A DNA stretch of 64,000 nt from Octopus vulgaris (GCA_951406725.2 OX597814.1:40982001-41046000), one strand, 5' to 3'; shown: positions 1 to 15,743, counted from the first letter of the stretch. Translations and numbers: made by a program. The notes: generated by a model from the letters alone, not told the origin.

Positions 1-28
1 ATATAACTGAACAATGGCATATAACACA

Positions 29-69
29 CGTACGTACATACATACATACATCGACAGATAAACAAGGAA

Positions 70-124
<55 letters not shown>

Positions 125-295
125 TAGATAGATAAACAGACAGAAAGATAGATAGACAGATAGATAAATGAATAGATACATTCATCGATCGATCCATCCA
201 TCCTTCCATACATACATACATACATACATACATACATACATACATACATACATACATACATACATACATACATAAATACATACATGCATATATAC
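29..295. repeat. Compound microsatellite (TA)n/(GATA)n/(TACA)n
   Basis: Direct reading of simple repeats. Confidence 0.95.
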
Positions 296-1489
296 ACAGA
301 GGGAAAAACAGAAAAGATACAGAGAGATAATTGACATAATGCATGACATGAATTTCCATACGTATTCTAAAAGATGATTATGTTATAGAAATTTATAATG
401 GTACGAGATTCTGTATTCAATGAAATGACTGCTTGAATATACGTACCGATATGCCTGTGATACACATTATATAACAAATTGGAATATAAAATATTTTCTT
501 AAAGGCAATATACATTATGAACAAAAGCTGCAATGAATGTGATACGAAAACTTATTTATATTTTGCATTTTGCTAAGATCAATTTTAACAAGATTTGAAG
601 AGAGTATATTCATACATATATAGGAGGAACCGTAAATTAAAATATATGTTGCCGATGTATTTCAAAGAATTCACTCTGCATTGAAAACGTTGCACATGCA
701 CAATTCATTTGCAAGTGTGCAAATGCATGTTTGAGTGCATATATATATATATACACATGTATGTATATATGTTTCTATGTAGGCATTATGTATGTACATG
801 TGTGTGTGAGTTCGTGTGTATTCGTATGTGTTTGCGTATAAGTATATACCTGCGACGAAGTATCAGTGATGGCATGTCTGTGTCTGCGTGTGCAGAGAGA
901 TTTTTGATTTAGTGAGCGTGTGTCATTAAATATGTGTATATACATATATGTGAGTTTACTTGTCCGTCTATATACAATATCAGGACGAAATAAGAATGCA
1001 GAGGCAATTTCGCTTCAAGACGAAATGATGAATTGTACCAAAGTCTGTACTCGCATAACTCAGATGAAATGTAAGGAAGCATATATAGCCATGTCCCTTC
1101 TAACATTATTATAGCATATATCTTGTGGTGATATTCAAAACTTCGTTGAAAATAATGACGCTCGTGCAGAAAATGATATGTGGTATAATAGGCCAGCATG
1201 TCATTTATAATAAAGTATACACATTTCAGAGATAATTAAGTATATTTCATTACACTATTCCCAAGTATAATCTAATGTACGGCAAAGCAGATAAAATTAT
1301 TCAAAAGCAAAACAAACACTTGTATGCAACTTATATGGATACTTGTTAAAACACTGCATACAAAATGCATACGCGATTCTCATTCATTTATACTTACCGT
1401 GGCCCACACCGCCCTAATTTAACTTTATTAAAAGAGAATATATTTCTATATGTAAAGTTGAATTGTGTATCTGTCTGTCTAACTGTATA

Positions 1490-1728
<239 letters not shown>

Positions 1729-1734
1729 TAGTTC

Positions 1735-2002
1735 TTGATCTGCGATGTGAAGAATGTCTTCAGAAAGGCTTCCAGTTCCTTTTGGTTGATGAAGCTTTAA
1801 GAGTGTAGTAAGTGAGCCATAAATCGGAGCGAATAAAAACCGGAAGCAGTTATTTTTCCGCAGTCCTAACGCACATAAACAGTGTCGCCAGACATGCGCG
1901 TTCCGAGCACATCATGATGCTCCCCGTTCTAATGCAATTACGATAGCTTGTTCCGGATGGTAACACCATCGACACTAACCTCTGTTACAAACAACTGGAG
2001 AG
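1735..2002. mobile_element. Rearranged mariner transposase fragments
   Basis: Plus strand ~1945-2002 reads LVPDGNTIDTNLCYKQLE (mariner catalytic-domain segment). Minus strand ~1735-1795 reads FINQKELEAFLKTFFTSQ (mariner C-terminal helix). Confidence 0.5.
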
Positions 2003-2902
2003 TACGAGGGCGTGTTGAAATGTCCCTGGCTTGAAGGTTAGAGCGAAGTGGTTGAGATTTTAGCTTTACATGGAAGCTGGACAATTATTTAGGAAAAGAT
2101 ATGGAGAAAATGCTGATGTTATACAATATATCTTTCATTCGTTTGCAGATTTAACTCATGATTGCAGCTCATGCAGTGGATTTCGGTAAGACTGATGTAC
2201 GAGTGGTCATGTTGTTCCTCACTTTGAAAGGTAAATAAGCGAAGCAAATCGATGCCAAAATGACGGAAGTCTTGAAGGATCGCTACCAATCTTACACCAC
2301 ACAAAAATATGGGTTTCAAGGTTTCAGAATGGTCATTTGAACGTTAATGTTAAAGCTCAGTTACGACAGCGAACTTCTACGTAGTTTACACATTCATGAT
2401 TCTCGTAGACCGTCAGATTTCAGCTTAAGTCATAGCTGAGGTTCGAAGGAATTCTTGCAAATAAGAGCACCACGTCATCCATTCTGGACATAAATTTTCC
2501 CCAAAATGCGTTGAGAAATACCTGAACGCAGTTTGGAAGCGAAGCAGAGGGACAACATCAAAGTTGTTTTGGGGCCGATGATCGCCGGACCAAGCAGCAA
2601 TCGATGGAATGATCCACAGCGATTCTCCGCTTCCCAAGTATTTTCTGACCCAAATGTCAGCTGGAGTACATCTCATAAAATACCTCCCAAAATATTGCAT
2701 CACCAAGAAAGCTGCATGTGTGTGCTAGACGAACTGCGTGAAGGTTTGCATCAGAAATACTGATGAAAGTTGGGCCCTGTGAATGGACCACTGTAATAAG
2801 TGTGTGAACCTAAAAGGTGAATATTTCTAATAAAATCATAATGGACTGATCCTCCTGTATTTCCCTTTATCCAAGACAAGGAATGTTTCAGCACTCTCAT
2901 GA
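2003..2902 (+). mobile_element. Decayed, internally deleted mariner DNA transposon
   Basis: Imperfect TIRs TACGAGGGCGTGTTGAAATGTCCCTGGCTT and AAGACAAGGAATGTTTCAGCACTCTCATGA. Broken transposase motifs ILVDRQIS..IAE, TKQQSME..HSDSPLPK and C-terminal KCVNLKGEYF. Confidence 0.8.
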
Positions 2903-3479
2903 CGTAATTATTTCATGAGTTGTGCTTATTTGCGAATACCTATTTTCGAATAATATGCAAGGGAAAAATATTTCTCTTTAGCTTAGGATAATAATATCTA
3001 AATGTACAGTCGTATCTCTTTTATTATTTAGCAAATATACATTCTCTAGACAGCCTATCCTAAACTCTACTGCTCGTGCAACAGTTTCAAACCTATAGTT
3101 ATATATCTAGATATAAACACTCTAAGCTGATAGCATCGTGATGGCACTGGAATTTCTCCCTGTTTTCCGTTCTGAGTACAAATAATATATGCAGATTTTC
3201 AATTTAAAAATCTAAAATATAACAGGCCAAATATGAGCAATTTACCGTGGAGAAAGGTTGAGAATATCATCGAAAAGTTTAAACTTTAAGCTCATCCTCA
3301 AATTAGGCAAGTTTCATTTTTATATTTTTGAAAGAGTAGCCTATAACATATAAAACAAATTAGATGCGTCCCTGCATAACGCAATTGGGGACGATATGTG
3401 TTGATAGTGTACAACTATTTCTCTCATAAGTAATACTGTTTCAGTATGCTACAATCTAAAAAATCTGATTTATTATTGA

Positions 3480-3778
<299 letters not shown>

Positions 3779-3782
<4 letters not shown>

Positions 3783-3962
3783 ATCCAAACAAGAAAACAC
3801 AAAAAACACAACAACTCGAGGACGTAGAACAAATATAGTATTATTGGAAGCTCAGGAAAGAAGGGAAGAAGGAGGGATTAACGTTTCAAGCGGAGCTCTT
3901 CGTCGGAAACATAGGAGAAGGAAAGATCCCGTGAAGGGAAGGCAGAGGAAAAAAAGTGCCAA
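3779..3962 (-). mobile_element. Short PLE pLTR-like repeat (family A) with a hammerhead-like motif at 3876-3910
   Basis: Homologous to 46220-46410 in opposite orientation. Minus strand reads GTTT-CCGACGA-A-GAGC-TCC-GCTT-GAAAC-GTT. Flanked by (TA)n. Confidence 0.7.
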
Positions 3963-3984
3963 ATATATATATTTTTTTGTTGAA

Positions 3985-4318
3985 GGCGCATGGCTCAGTA
4001 GTTAGAGCGTCGAGCTTACGATCGTGAGGTTGTGAGCTCGAATCCCGGACCGGGCTGCGTGATGTGTTCTTGAGCAAGGCACTTTATTTCACGTTGCTCC
4101 AGTTCACTCAGCTGTAGAAATGAGTTGCGACGTCACTGGTGCCGAGCTGTATCGACCTTTGTCTTTCCCTTGGATAACACTGGTGGCGAGGAGAGGGGAG
4201 GCTGGTATGCATGGGGGACTGCTGGACTTACATAAACAACCTTGCCCGGACTCTTTCTAGGTGGGTAACTTTCTAGGTGCAATCCCATGTTCATTCATGA
4301 CCGAAGGGGGTATTTACC

Positions 4319-4320
<2 letters not shown>
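3985..4320 (+). mobile_element. tRNA-derived SINE (family 1), full length
   Basis: Head has A box TGGCTCAGTAGTTAG and B box GCTCGAATCC, then a CORE-like TGTGTTCTTGAGCAAGGCACTT. Homologous to 58205-58536. Confidence 0.9.
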
Positions 4321-4388
<68 letters not shown>

Positions 4389-5699
4389 TGCATGTATATA
4401 TGTACATTGTATTTCAATCCTGAAAATGGCAAATCTGATCTTCAAAACACTTTCAGTTGTCCACAAATTAAAATTAGACAAAATTAAAAAGATACCAATA
4501 TATTTTCCTCATTGCATAGAAATGTTCGTGATGAGCTTAATTATCACTCTGCAGATGATATATGTTAACTCTCATTTGAAATAGTTAAAATTTAGCAAGA
4601 AACGAGTAATTACCAGAGACTAATCCGATATGTAAAAGAATATAACAGGTGAGAAAAATAAACAGGCAATAATGACAGCATAACACATACATATAAAAAA
4701 AAATATTTTTCATAAATAAACATCAAGTAAACAAATAATACTGTTTTATTTCGATGAGAATGAAAACGCTTCTTGCGTAAATGCAATGGTACCAATTGTG
4801 ACAGGCAAACGAAACTGCTTTGCATACGTAATACGTTGCATTATACACCGTGTCAAATTCAGCAACATCCAAGTTTGACAACAACGACTATAGAATATAA
4901 AATATTCACGAATGATGAAGTAGCAGACGTTTTCCAACCAAGATTTATCGGGAGATTTTGCGTCGAAGCAGACTAGTTTTCGATAAGGAAATAATGTCAA
5001 AGTATAATATTTAATGTGTTCACATAAAGTTCAAGTGTGGTCTTGATTTTCTTCCGACGAACTATTTGTATGAAACAAAATAAAATGTTTTCGTGAAAAG
5101 AAATATTAAAAGGAGAGATATCAGAAATAAATTCTTTATAGTTTCCAAAGGTTACGCCCATAAGGATATTCACAAATCGAACAAAAGAAAAGAAAACTCA
5201 TTTACTCACACACCCACGCACGCGCGATCACACTCAAAGGGGAAACACATATAGACACAAACATCTGTATGTGTGTGTCAGTGTGTGTGTGTATGTTTGT
5301 GTGTGTATCAGGATGTTTGTGTTTTGGGGGTGCGACCATTTGAGTGTAGATATTACAATTTTTCTTTGAATACCTTGACACGATTACGTAGAATTTACTC
5401 ATGAGCAAATATTTTTCAGCATCATTTTGGTTACTTTGGAATTGACTGCATACAAAGTGCTTTCCGTGTCAGGATTACACTTTTAGTATTTTGGATCCAT
5501 TATTTAGTGGTTTTTGCAATTGCGTATGAACAACCATATACGGCAAATTTGATTTGCTATGTAAGCCACTTGTGCTTTTCTTTCTAATTGCTTTTTGATA
5601 TTGAATATTTGAACGCTAATAATATGAGTTCAAAATCATAATTATTTTTATAATTCTAAGACGACTTCATATACTTGGCTAAGGTAAGCATTTGCTTAC

Positions 5700-5873
5700 G
5701 ATGACGAGTGTCCCATTTGGTTCGATCAACGGAACAGCCTTTGCCAGTAGAGTGTTCAGGTGTTCGATGAAAGAAGTTGCGTTGCTCTAAGACACAACGC
5801 ACCAGTAGGATTCAAATGTAATCTCTTACGATAGAGACACGAATGCAGTAATCACTAAGCTACACACCTTCAC
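5700..5873 (-). mobile_element. Degenerate tRNA-SINE head (family 1-like)
   Basis: Weak similarity to the heads at 3985 and 58536. Confidence 0.45.
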
Positions 5874-5919
5874 ATTCATACGATTAATTCAAAGTGGAAT
5901 GCACTATGGTCTTTTCTAG

Positions 5920-6870
5920 GCTGTGCGTTACTTGGTGAAAAGAGTTTTCCTAATTGTTTGATTTCAAAACATTGAACCTACCAAAACAAGTACGGTAATA
6001 CGTTAATTGCCCAGCACATGCGTCTAAATTCAGTCCCACGCCGATTCAGATAGAGCATGAGTAGCTTTTACTATAGTCTCCGGCTCTCCAAAGACTTATG
6101 AATAGATTTTCTAGACGAAACTGAAAGAAAACCGATGTGTGTGCGCGCGCGAGTGCGTATGCCTCTCGCCACTTCTCGACGATGGCCGATGCTATGTTGA
6201 CATTCCGATAACCTAGGAGTTTGTCAAAGTGCTTGCCAGAATAAACGCAAGTCTTTAGAATATAAATCTTTGGTTCGCTCCGCTCGTCTAAAATTCCGGA
6301 CTGTGATGTCTCAGAACTAACAGAAGCCACTAATATATTTAGATCCAAGCATCTCTGTGTGAAAAACTAGAAAGATGATTATCGTGATGTTTTAGATATA
6401 TATAAATATTTACAAAATGCATGCCTCTTACATCTTTTAGTTGCTTCATTAACTGGACTGCGAACATTCTAAGACATCGCTTTAAAGTGTAGTCGAACAA
6501 AGGGAAGAAATACTTTTTTATGCCAGTTTAGTAAAATAATATAGGTCTCTTTTGCTGATACACTAGATTACAGTGACGTAATGAAACCACCATATGTTGC
6601 CATGCGATTTTGCAGGAGAAACACACGTAGGTAGACAAAAAGGAAACACGGGTGCACAGACACTTACAGACACACACGTGTACACAGAGTTACGCGCATG
6701 CGCACACACACATACACAGATAGAGGAATATAAGGCGCACGTTTTATATAAAAGAAATTACTCACAAGGCATGCTTTAGTCGACCCTAGTTTGTTATGTG
6801 ATACACCTGCCAAAGGTACAAAACAGTGAGGTTGAACTAGAAACCGCTTGACTGCAATTTGAACTTCGTA
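5920..6870. mobile_element. Two degenerate family-2 SINE copies in opposite orientation (+ ~5920-6300, - ~6430-6870)
   Basis: Patchy similarity to 59158-59558 and 50393-50848. Confidence 0.5.
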
Positions 6871-7409
6871 ACCCCTTATTCATTCTTCATTCTTGTGTTT
6901 ATTAACCACATACTTATATTTACAAGTATAGTTTTAATATATATATTCACAAGGTATACATGAAGCAATTGTACAAACTTAAGCATGAATGGATATATAT
7001 CCGCAAAGTTCCTTGGCACAGTGCGAAAGAGTATATATAATTTGGAACAACTGTACGAAATTTCTATTCATATCAGCAATTAAGGCATAGCAAGGAAGCG
7101 CTAATATTTCTTGAAACAGGAATTATTTATTACATTAATGATGCGAAATTGTAATTATATATAATCGTTACAAACAATTTGTTGTATTTCTTCATTTCCA
7201 TTGGGAACGGACATGCATCATTAAGAACGTCATCTGACCTCGTATTAGAAACGAAAGAAGGATGGAAGGAAGCGTTCGGAAAACCGACTTCTTTGGACAC
7301 AATAGAGCTTATGGCAGCATCAGCAGATATTTAAAAAAAATATATAGCATACACACAAAGACAAGCGAGCGCTCGAACACCCGTATACACATACACATAC
7401 ACAAAGATA

Positions 7410-7443
<34 letters not shown>

Positions 7444-10400
7444 TATACACACATATCTCTCCAAAGGCTAAGTCTTCAACCAGGCTTTCGCGCCACACTT
7501 AAAGCGAAACATCTGCTCAAATACATATTTACTTTTGAAAGGGAGACATTAATAATAGTTAGTTGCTGCTTGGGTTAGACAAATTTCCATTCCTTTATCT
7601 ACATTAATATTTTTTCAATTAGGTTTGGTTATAGAAACTTATTCTATAAAGTACATATTATATATCACAATTAAAAGGCTAAAACAGTAATGCACATTCA
7701 GAAATATTAATACATCAAATATCAGGCAACAAACAACAATTACTTATGGAAAAGATGCTATCTCCATACGCGCGCGCACACATATAATTTCTAAGGATGG
7801 ATGTAATTTATGTATTCATATTACTGGGAACGGAAGAATTTTTTAGAAACTGATATATGTATTATTCATCAACGTATTTGTTATATTTCCATAATTTCAC
7901 AGATATATATTTTGCGAAGATACAATTACCTTTACACGAAATAAATAGCAGGTGGTATATTAAGGAATGTATTCTGATTAAATACTGAATCTTCTGTAGA
8001 ACAAAATGTTTGATGTAAATTAGCAACACACTTACAGTACCTCAGTTAATGTTGAAATAAATATCATTAGTATATGAAAATGGGAATGAGAAAATTGCTG
8101 ATGAATTTGTGAAGAACAATAATATATGCAAACACCTTAATATTATAAGTGAAGATATTAAGAAAACCTCAGATTAACATTTATTTCCTCTTATTGTTTC
8201 AACAAAGTTGATATCGAAATTCTGTGTTACTACAACGTAAAATCATGTAGGGAACGAGTGAGTTGACATTACATATGAAATTCTCCTCAATAGTGGCAGA
8301 TGTGATTTCCGTTTAAATATTGCTCAGTCCATAAATCATAATGTGAGGTATATTTGCAATCTCAATATGGCTAACCACTAAGGGTGGGTGTTACTGTAGC
8401 TTGTAGCCTCAGGAGAACATCGTCTCCAGATGGCTTTATGCACACTTTCTGTGCCCTTATGGTATTTGCAAAGGGAGGTCATCCTTCCCTCGTCAACCTA
8501 CGTGATACGCACGGACTGCAGTCTCTAAGTATTGACCTGTCCTCAGCGTACGGCAATCACCGGTTTTCAATGAAAGGAGTCCCAATGCAAATACTTATAT
8601 CGTTTTTCCAGTAACTTTTCGTCACTGATCTCTAAAAGGCTGGCGCTAATAAATTATTTTGCTATACAGTCTAACTCATACTACTCGTGAAATCTCAAAT
8701 TCACCACCGAAAACTCACACAGCGGAAATTATATATTTTACTATAGATATTCGTGCTTGTTTATCACATGTTAGACTGGAAATCAAGAAAGAATGGAAAT
8801 TATTCGTAACACTGTTATTAGTTGATATTCATATAGCGTTTTAAGCATAATACCTTGCTAACAATGTCATTGGGTGTGAGCGTGTTTGTTGTGCGCGCGT
8901 GCGCGATTGTGTGTGCGTCTGTGCTTCCATATAGGTCTTTTTCCAGTTCACACGTTATGTTTACTAAAATGTATGCAATTGTAACAATAACCATTGGAAA
9001 TATTTTTCTAGCATAATGAGTACACTTTGGTTATAGCAGTATTTTATATTAAAGACAATATATGTATTGCTAACTGCGTTACAGCAGTGCATTCATATAG
9101 CAAACAATCTAAACAATGCCAATTTAAGAGAATATATGCTGTTTCCATTTATAGTAATTCATAGTGTAGTTTGAACTTCTGAAATCTATTTACCTTTATG
9201 ACTGGCATCATACATGTATTGAAGCATGTAGTGCTTTAGTGTAATTTGTATTTTATCCAAAATGGTTGAATGTTTTATAAAGAAATCTGGCAAAATATAT
9301 TTCATTGTCCGCGGCAATATAGCTCTTAGGATGCTCACGGTTGAGAAACAGTTTCTAGGCAAAAGTTCTTAAGCATTATAGCTTTTATATCATATTTTTG
9401 AAAGTATCATTGAAACATTAGGTGGAAATATTAACTACAGGTTTTAGGAATTAAGAAAGTGTACGTGTCTTTAAATTATTCCCTATGACATACACATATT
9501 TTTAACAATGATGTCTTCGTACTGGTAGATCAATGTCATCAATTGTTTTACGAATGTATAATCAGAAATCAGGGGAGAAACATATACATGATTTCTATTG
9601 ATTGAATTCGAATCGGATATTAACTGCTAAATAGAGTCATATGGTGCAGAAAATTTTCTTTAAGTATCGTGCAATGAAATTTCGTGGACACAGTTCATCG
9701 TACTAGGATGGAAAACGCCTAGACAACGAATCAATAAGAACCACTACCAAATAGTTTACATTTCTTCCAGCGATGATATAGGATATATGTTAATAGACAT
9801 GAATATTTAGAAAATAATATATTTAGAGTAGGTGATTGGGCTGCTGCTGCTGATAAAGATGAGGAAGATAATAGCTATGAAGAGGAGGAAAATGATGTTG
9901 ATTATATTGGTTTAAATGGGAATAACTATATTCAAGTGTTATAAGAACGCACGTAAAGTAAGCATACAATAATGGTTACATATTTTCCTCTTTCACCTTG
10001 CTTCAATTTCATTATGATATCTATTTTGCGGTAGTATTGATGCAGAAATTCAAACGTTGATATATTGCATATTTTGTTATATTATATCAATACTGTATGT
10101 CATTCCGCTAGGTAGGGAAAGGCTATTTGTAGAGAAAAATTTGAGACGACATGCTGAAGAGGAGGACAGAATATGGACTACTTCAAACCTGTGAATTAAA
10201 ACCAGTAAACATGAATATTAACCCTGCCATGCGGTATGTATGTTATAGCAGTAATATGTTAAACATAGTTGGTAATGAACAACACACGTATAAAAATAAA
10301 ATTTAGCCGATCTCTCCATTAGCTTCCCCTCCCACACCCACACACATACACCTGGAATCCGGAGGAAAAACAAATTAATACAGCGGAAGCATAATGATTG

Positions 10401-10490
10401 CAGGCAAAGACAGGCACAATGGACCAGGTCTGTGAGGGTTGTGGATGAAATAATAATAGTAAAACCATGACAATATCTGAGATGAGCAAT

Positions 10491-10552
10491 GAGATAAGGA
10501 ATTTGCCCCCAGTGGGATAAGGAATTTGCCCCCAGTGAGATCAGGAATTTGC
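10491..10552. repeat. 23-bp minisatellite, ~2.7 copies
   Basis: GAGATAAGGAATTTGCCCCCAGT repeated. Confidence 0.9.
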
Positions 10553-11328
10553 ATAAAAGAAGAAAAGGAAGAATAGAAGAAGAAAATAAAGAAGACGATG
10601 AAGAAGAAAAAGATGAAGATGAAGGAGAAGGAGTATGGAGATTAAAAACAAAAACAGCAGCAATAACAGCAATGCATGATTAACAAGAAATGAATACGAC
10701 AAAATAAAAAGTTGAATAGTAAAAACATAATACTAAAAATAACTATCGATAAATGTGTATACGATTCTTTTTGTGAAACGCTACTTGGGGATTCTAAACC
10801 GTTGGTGATGTCAAAATATTGTTTTCATCCTACCCATGTATTCACTGAAAGATTAGTTACTATACTTAACGGTTGACTTGTTTTTCTCCTGCTGTCATAT
10901 TTCTTCTTCTATGCAGAATTGAATTTTCCGTTTATTTCTTCTTTTCGTATGTTCGTTATTTTATTTTTACATCTGAAATGTTTTGCCTTCTTTTAAATCG
11001 GTTTTAAGTTATTTAATTCATTTCTATTCTCGAAAGCGTAAAGTCCATTATGCGTTTCATATTTTTATACTGAAATTAAAATAACGCTGATACAATCACA
11101 CAGTGCAACTTTCACAGACTATTATTGCTTTTGTTTGGCCTGAATCTCAATAAAATTGATTTACTCGAAATTTCCTTCGATTCTTTGTATATTTCCTTGC
11201 TGAGAAGAAAATCATTTTCAGTTGATTCTTTTAGATTTAATTTGAAAATATTCAAAACTTGATTAAATCCAATGGGAAACATTTCAGCTTATGAAACATT
11301 ATTTTGCAACTTGAATTATTTTCATTTA

Positions 11329-11505
<177 letters not shown>

Positions 11506-11559
11506 TTGTCTTTGTTCTTGATGATTTATTGTTATTATTAGCAGCATCAATATCATTAT

Positions 11560-11958
11560 CATTTAACTTTAATCTGCATGTTTCATACAGTTACATGTAG
11601 AGATACACCCAGCGTCCTGAGGCGAGTGAACGATAAGAGATGTTACATTATGACTGAACGCTTGCAGATGAGGTGTGACAGGGGTTGTAGCGAAATAACT
11701 TTACTTAGTACAACAGACATTCAAATTGATAGGGTTTTTCTAAGGACGTGGGAGGTACTTGTCAGCACATTCTTTTGGATTACTCTGAGAAATGGTTCTC
11801 TTGGGAACTTATCTAAATGCCTGTTACATCCCTGTCTTATCATACATAGCGCACCAACAATAACAGGAACAGTTCTCGCTTTAAGATACAACATCGTTTG
11901 TATTTCAATTTCCAGGTCATTATATTTACATATTTTTTCTAATTCTTATCCTGATATC
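11560..11958 (-). mobile_element. Dong/R4-clade LINE 3' fragment (REL endonuclease C-terminus plus 3' UTR)
   Basis: Minus strand reads ELEKICKYNDLEIEIQTMLYLKARTVPVIVGALCMIRQGCNRHLDKFPREPFLRVIQKNVLTSTSHVLRKTLSI*. Embedded between (ATT)n tracts. Confidence 0.85.
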
Positions 11959-12069
11959 TTATTATAATTATCATTATATTAAAAGAATTAATAAAATAAA
12001 AAAAATCAATTATTATTATCATTATATTTATTATCATTATATTTATTATCATTATAATTATGATTATTA

Positions 12070-12151
<82 letters not shown>

Positions 12152-12165
12152 CATCATTATTATTA

Positions 12166-12201
<36 letters not shown>

Positions 12202-12207
12202 GTATTA

Positions 12208-12244
<37 letters not shown>
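11959..12244. repeat. (ATT)n microsatellite
   Basis: Direct reading. Confidence 0.95.
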
Positions 12245-12251
12245 GTTTATC

Positions 12252-12700
12252 AAGATGCTGAGTTGGCAGAATCTTTAGCATGCAGGAAAAATTGGTTAGC
12301 GGCATTTCATCCAGATTTACGTTGCGAAATCAAATTCCGCTCAGCTCCACTCTGCCTTTCACCATTATGGTGTCGATAAAATAAGTACGATTGAAAGAGT
12401 GAGGACGATATGATAGACGTATTTCCGTTACCCAAATTGCTGCACTTGTGGCAAAATTAAACTATTATTTTTATTATTACTATTATTATTCAAGTCTTTA
12501 AGCTAGCATAATCGTTATCTCGCTGGGCGGAAAGATTAGTGGTACTTCGCCCGTTACTGCTTTCTGAGTTCAAATTCCAGGAAGCTTCATTTTACCCTTC
12601 CTCCTTTCTGTATCAATAAAATAAGTATCAGTGAAACACTGAGGCTGATGTAAAAGACTAGTCCCTCCTACAATCTTTCAGGCCATGTGCATTTAGTAGG
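12252..12700 (+). mobile_element. Two tandem degenerate Nin-domain-type SINE copies (family 3)
   Basis: Two similar ~210-bp units, each with CCTT(T)C..C.TT.....GT(C/A)..TAAAATAAGTA resembling the Nin domain, separated by (ATT)n. Confidence 0.65.
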
Positions 12701-13859
12701 CTGGTTGAACATCATCTCAATTGGATTCCCAGTAGAGTGGTAATGATCAACAAACGTAGAAAAAGAAAATGCAACTGATATGTCCATTAGCTTCCCTTCC
12801 ACCTGGACTCCGAAGGAAAAACAAATTACCACTTACATATACAGTTCAACTACGTTGCAGTTGGGGGCTCAGGTGCAATTTTCTTCAGGTCGAATAGCCC
12901 ATCCCCCGCGAAAGGTCCCTGAATAAATGTTAATAACGTTGAAAGAAACACACATGTTTGCAGAGATGAAATAATTCCTCTAAAGACATGGCTGTGATGC
13001 TCTCCCACTACTTCTGTCCGTGACTAGAGATGCACATATCGTCATTCACTAAGTAACATACGCAACTGGCTCCTGTCAAACAACTGACAAGTAAATATGT
13101 GGTATTGAGCAGAATATTTGCGGTAGCCCATCTTTTATTCGAAGACGAAACGATGTACATGATAGCACTTCTAATCCGTTAAGATGGGAGGTTTTCGGCG
13201 ACAGTGTCTGGTAATGCATTAGGGCATTAAACTGCATCATGGCATTATACCGCATCAGGGCATTATTATAATTATAATAATTATTATTATTATTAATATT
13301 ATTATTATTATTATTATTAGCGTCTTTCAATTCTGTTTCCATTTCTTAGCCCGTATCTTCCTGAAACCTCGAACAGGCAAAATCACTATATACATTGGTA
13401 GGTCATTAAAATAAACACTCCAGATTGTTTATTTGCTGAGAAAAAGGGAGGAATAAAAAATGAAAACGAAAATAAAGAAAAATAATGGAGGAAAATGAAA
13501 GAAAATTCTCTATTTTTATTATTATTGTTGTTGTTGTTTTTGTTGTTGTTGTTTTTATTATTGTTGTCATCAAATGTCATTCATACACACTCAAAAGATT
13601 AGAATGTTCGAAAAGAATAGGATCCTAACAGCTTTGCAAAAGAAATTGCCTGAGATTCCAAGAACATTCCTATCGGATTACAGCAAATAACCTTAGATGC
13701 CGAGAGCCCTCCTAAGTATCCTAGCTCTCCCTAATCACACTGCTTTCTGCGTCTGTACTAAAATATGTTTTATTATTATTGAGTGATAGTGACACTGTGG
13801 AATTATCATTATTGTTGTTGTTGTTGTTGCTCTTTATCCTGTTCTTGTTATTCATTGTC

Positions 13860-15024
13860 TTTGTACAGCTTCTGTCGCTGGAGATATACTATGGTACAAG
13901 CTGTTCCTCACCTGTGAACCAAGATAACACCTCTTATATTTCGAGCACCATCCGGCGTATTCGATCGGTTCTTAGCAGTGCTGTTTCTGCAAGTGCTCTA
14001 CCCTTATTGCCGCCCCTATTTGTTCCATGTCCTTCTATAGATTTTTAATCAATGTTTACTCCGAGAATTATTGGTACTACAACTGCTTCACTTCCTGAGC
14101 TAACTTATCATGTCAATCGACTTTTCTTTCTTCCTTATCACATAACTTGTTGTCAGCTGGGCATGCTATAGCTATAATCCAGCATTGTTTGCTTTCTCAA
14201 ATAACACTATTTCTGGTTTGCTATACTCTTTCACATGAGAATCATAAAATCTCATTTGTCCTTTGCATTATCTTTTTCGATGATGACTTCGGGTTTATGT
14301 TCGTACCACATTTTTGGTCTGCCAAGTACAAACGTCTTGCAAAGTGACCAATAAGCAATTCTTGCTATATTGTCCTGACGTCTCTTCTATTCTTTCTTAG
14401 CTAGTAGTGCACATTGACTGGTAATATGCCATACGGTTTCACCATTTTGTCCACAAATTCTGTACTTATGAACTTTTGATGTGTTGTCTATTTTATATTT
14501 GGTGTAATTTGTTCTTAACGCTTGTTCTTGGGTAGCACAGATTAGAGCCTCTTATCCCGGTTTGAAATAATTTTTAGACATTCATAGCTATCTATTTTCT
14601 GTCTTATCTTCAGCAAATCTATGAAATTGTTCGCGCTTTCTTTTCTTTATCCACCTATTTTCAATTTCATTCATTCTCATGTACTTGTAGAATGCTTTAT
14701 CTTTGCAATCTTCCATCCTACATGAGCCTGGCCGTCTTACTTCCAATAATAGTGGTTCTGTAGCACTGTTTTCTTCTGCTATGCTGTTTTCTTCTGCTCT
14801 AATGTTGAGTTCGCATACAATCAGTCGTCTTTTCCCTATTTTTATTGGTACATATATCAGCCTGTGTCACGTTTTGGGTTAAATATCCCATATCTAGTCA
14901 GCAACTTCCTTTTCTTTCTGTCTATGCTGTTTATTTCATCTACTGTACATGCTATTAACCCTGCTCCATATCTAAGTAGTGAAACCGCCCAGGTGTTGAT
15001 AGCTTCAATCTTATTCCACAGGTT
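13860..15024 (-). mobile_element. Dong/R4-clade LINE, 5'-truncated and decayed
   Basis: LWNKIEAINTWAVSLLRYGAG...IDRKKRKLLT, QEQALRTNY, zinc-finger remnant RICGQNGETVWHITSQC and REL-type C-terminus. The 5' junction abuts (ATT)n. Confidence 0.88.
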
Positions 15025-15699
15025 TATTATTATTATTTTTATTATTGTTGTTGCTGTTGTTGTTATCGAATGAGAGAGCAGCACATGCTATCACAGTGAC
15101 AATGGGGTACAATTATACGAAGCCCAGTATACCCATCACGAAATCTGGACTAATAAGACTCTGCACGCTGTGCCTTGAAAAACAGCCTTAAGAGAATTAA
15201 GCCCTGTTCAATGTGAAACAACATGGGCAAGTACATTCGATCAGAAAATAGTTCGAATCCTCTACACTTTCAGTTCTCAGAACACAGGAGAAGAAATTTC
15301 CTTGTGAGTTATTGACATCGCGCCCTGCAGCAATGAGTACAATGATAGGAGAGTTTCATCAATTTTCCGCAAATCTCTTAAATTCATTATTCTTCTTTAA
15401 TTTTTAATTTTCTTTGCTTTCACCCAGTTTCTATTTCTTTTTGCTAGTGGCAAACTTCATAATTACTGGCTGATGATGTCATTCCATGAACGTGGGAACG
15501 CTAGTTGCAATGCTCCAATTTGGGATGTGAATTTCTGTAATTTCGAATTTTGTATATCACTTTTCGGGCTCAATTCCACAATGTCAGGCTAGCTGGCGAA
15601 ATATCGTTGAAATATCAAAACAACTACTGCATTCGCATCGAGATCTTCGTATTGTCTATCTCTTTGAGAGGAGTTACGCCAATCCTTAAAAAAAAAATA

Positions 15700-15701
15700 A
15701 C

Positions 15702-15737
<36 letters not shown>

Positions 15738-15743
15738 AATAAC

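Noticed and set aside
3985-4060. tRNA gene calls at SINE heads (also 34660-34737 and 58460-58536)
   Set aside because: They continue into SINE bodies and lack a complete cloverleaf
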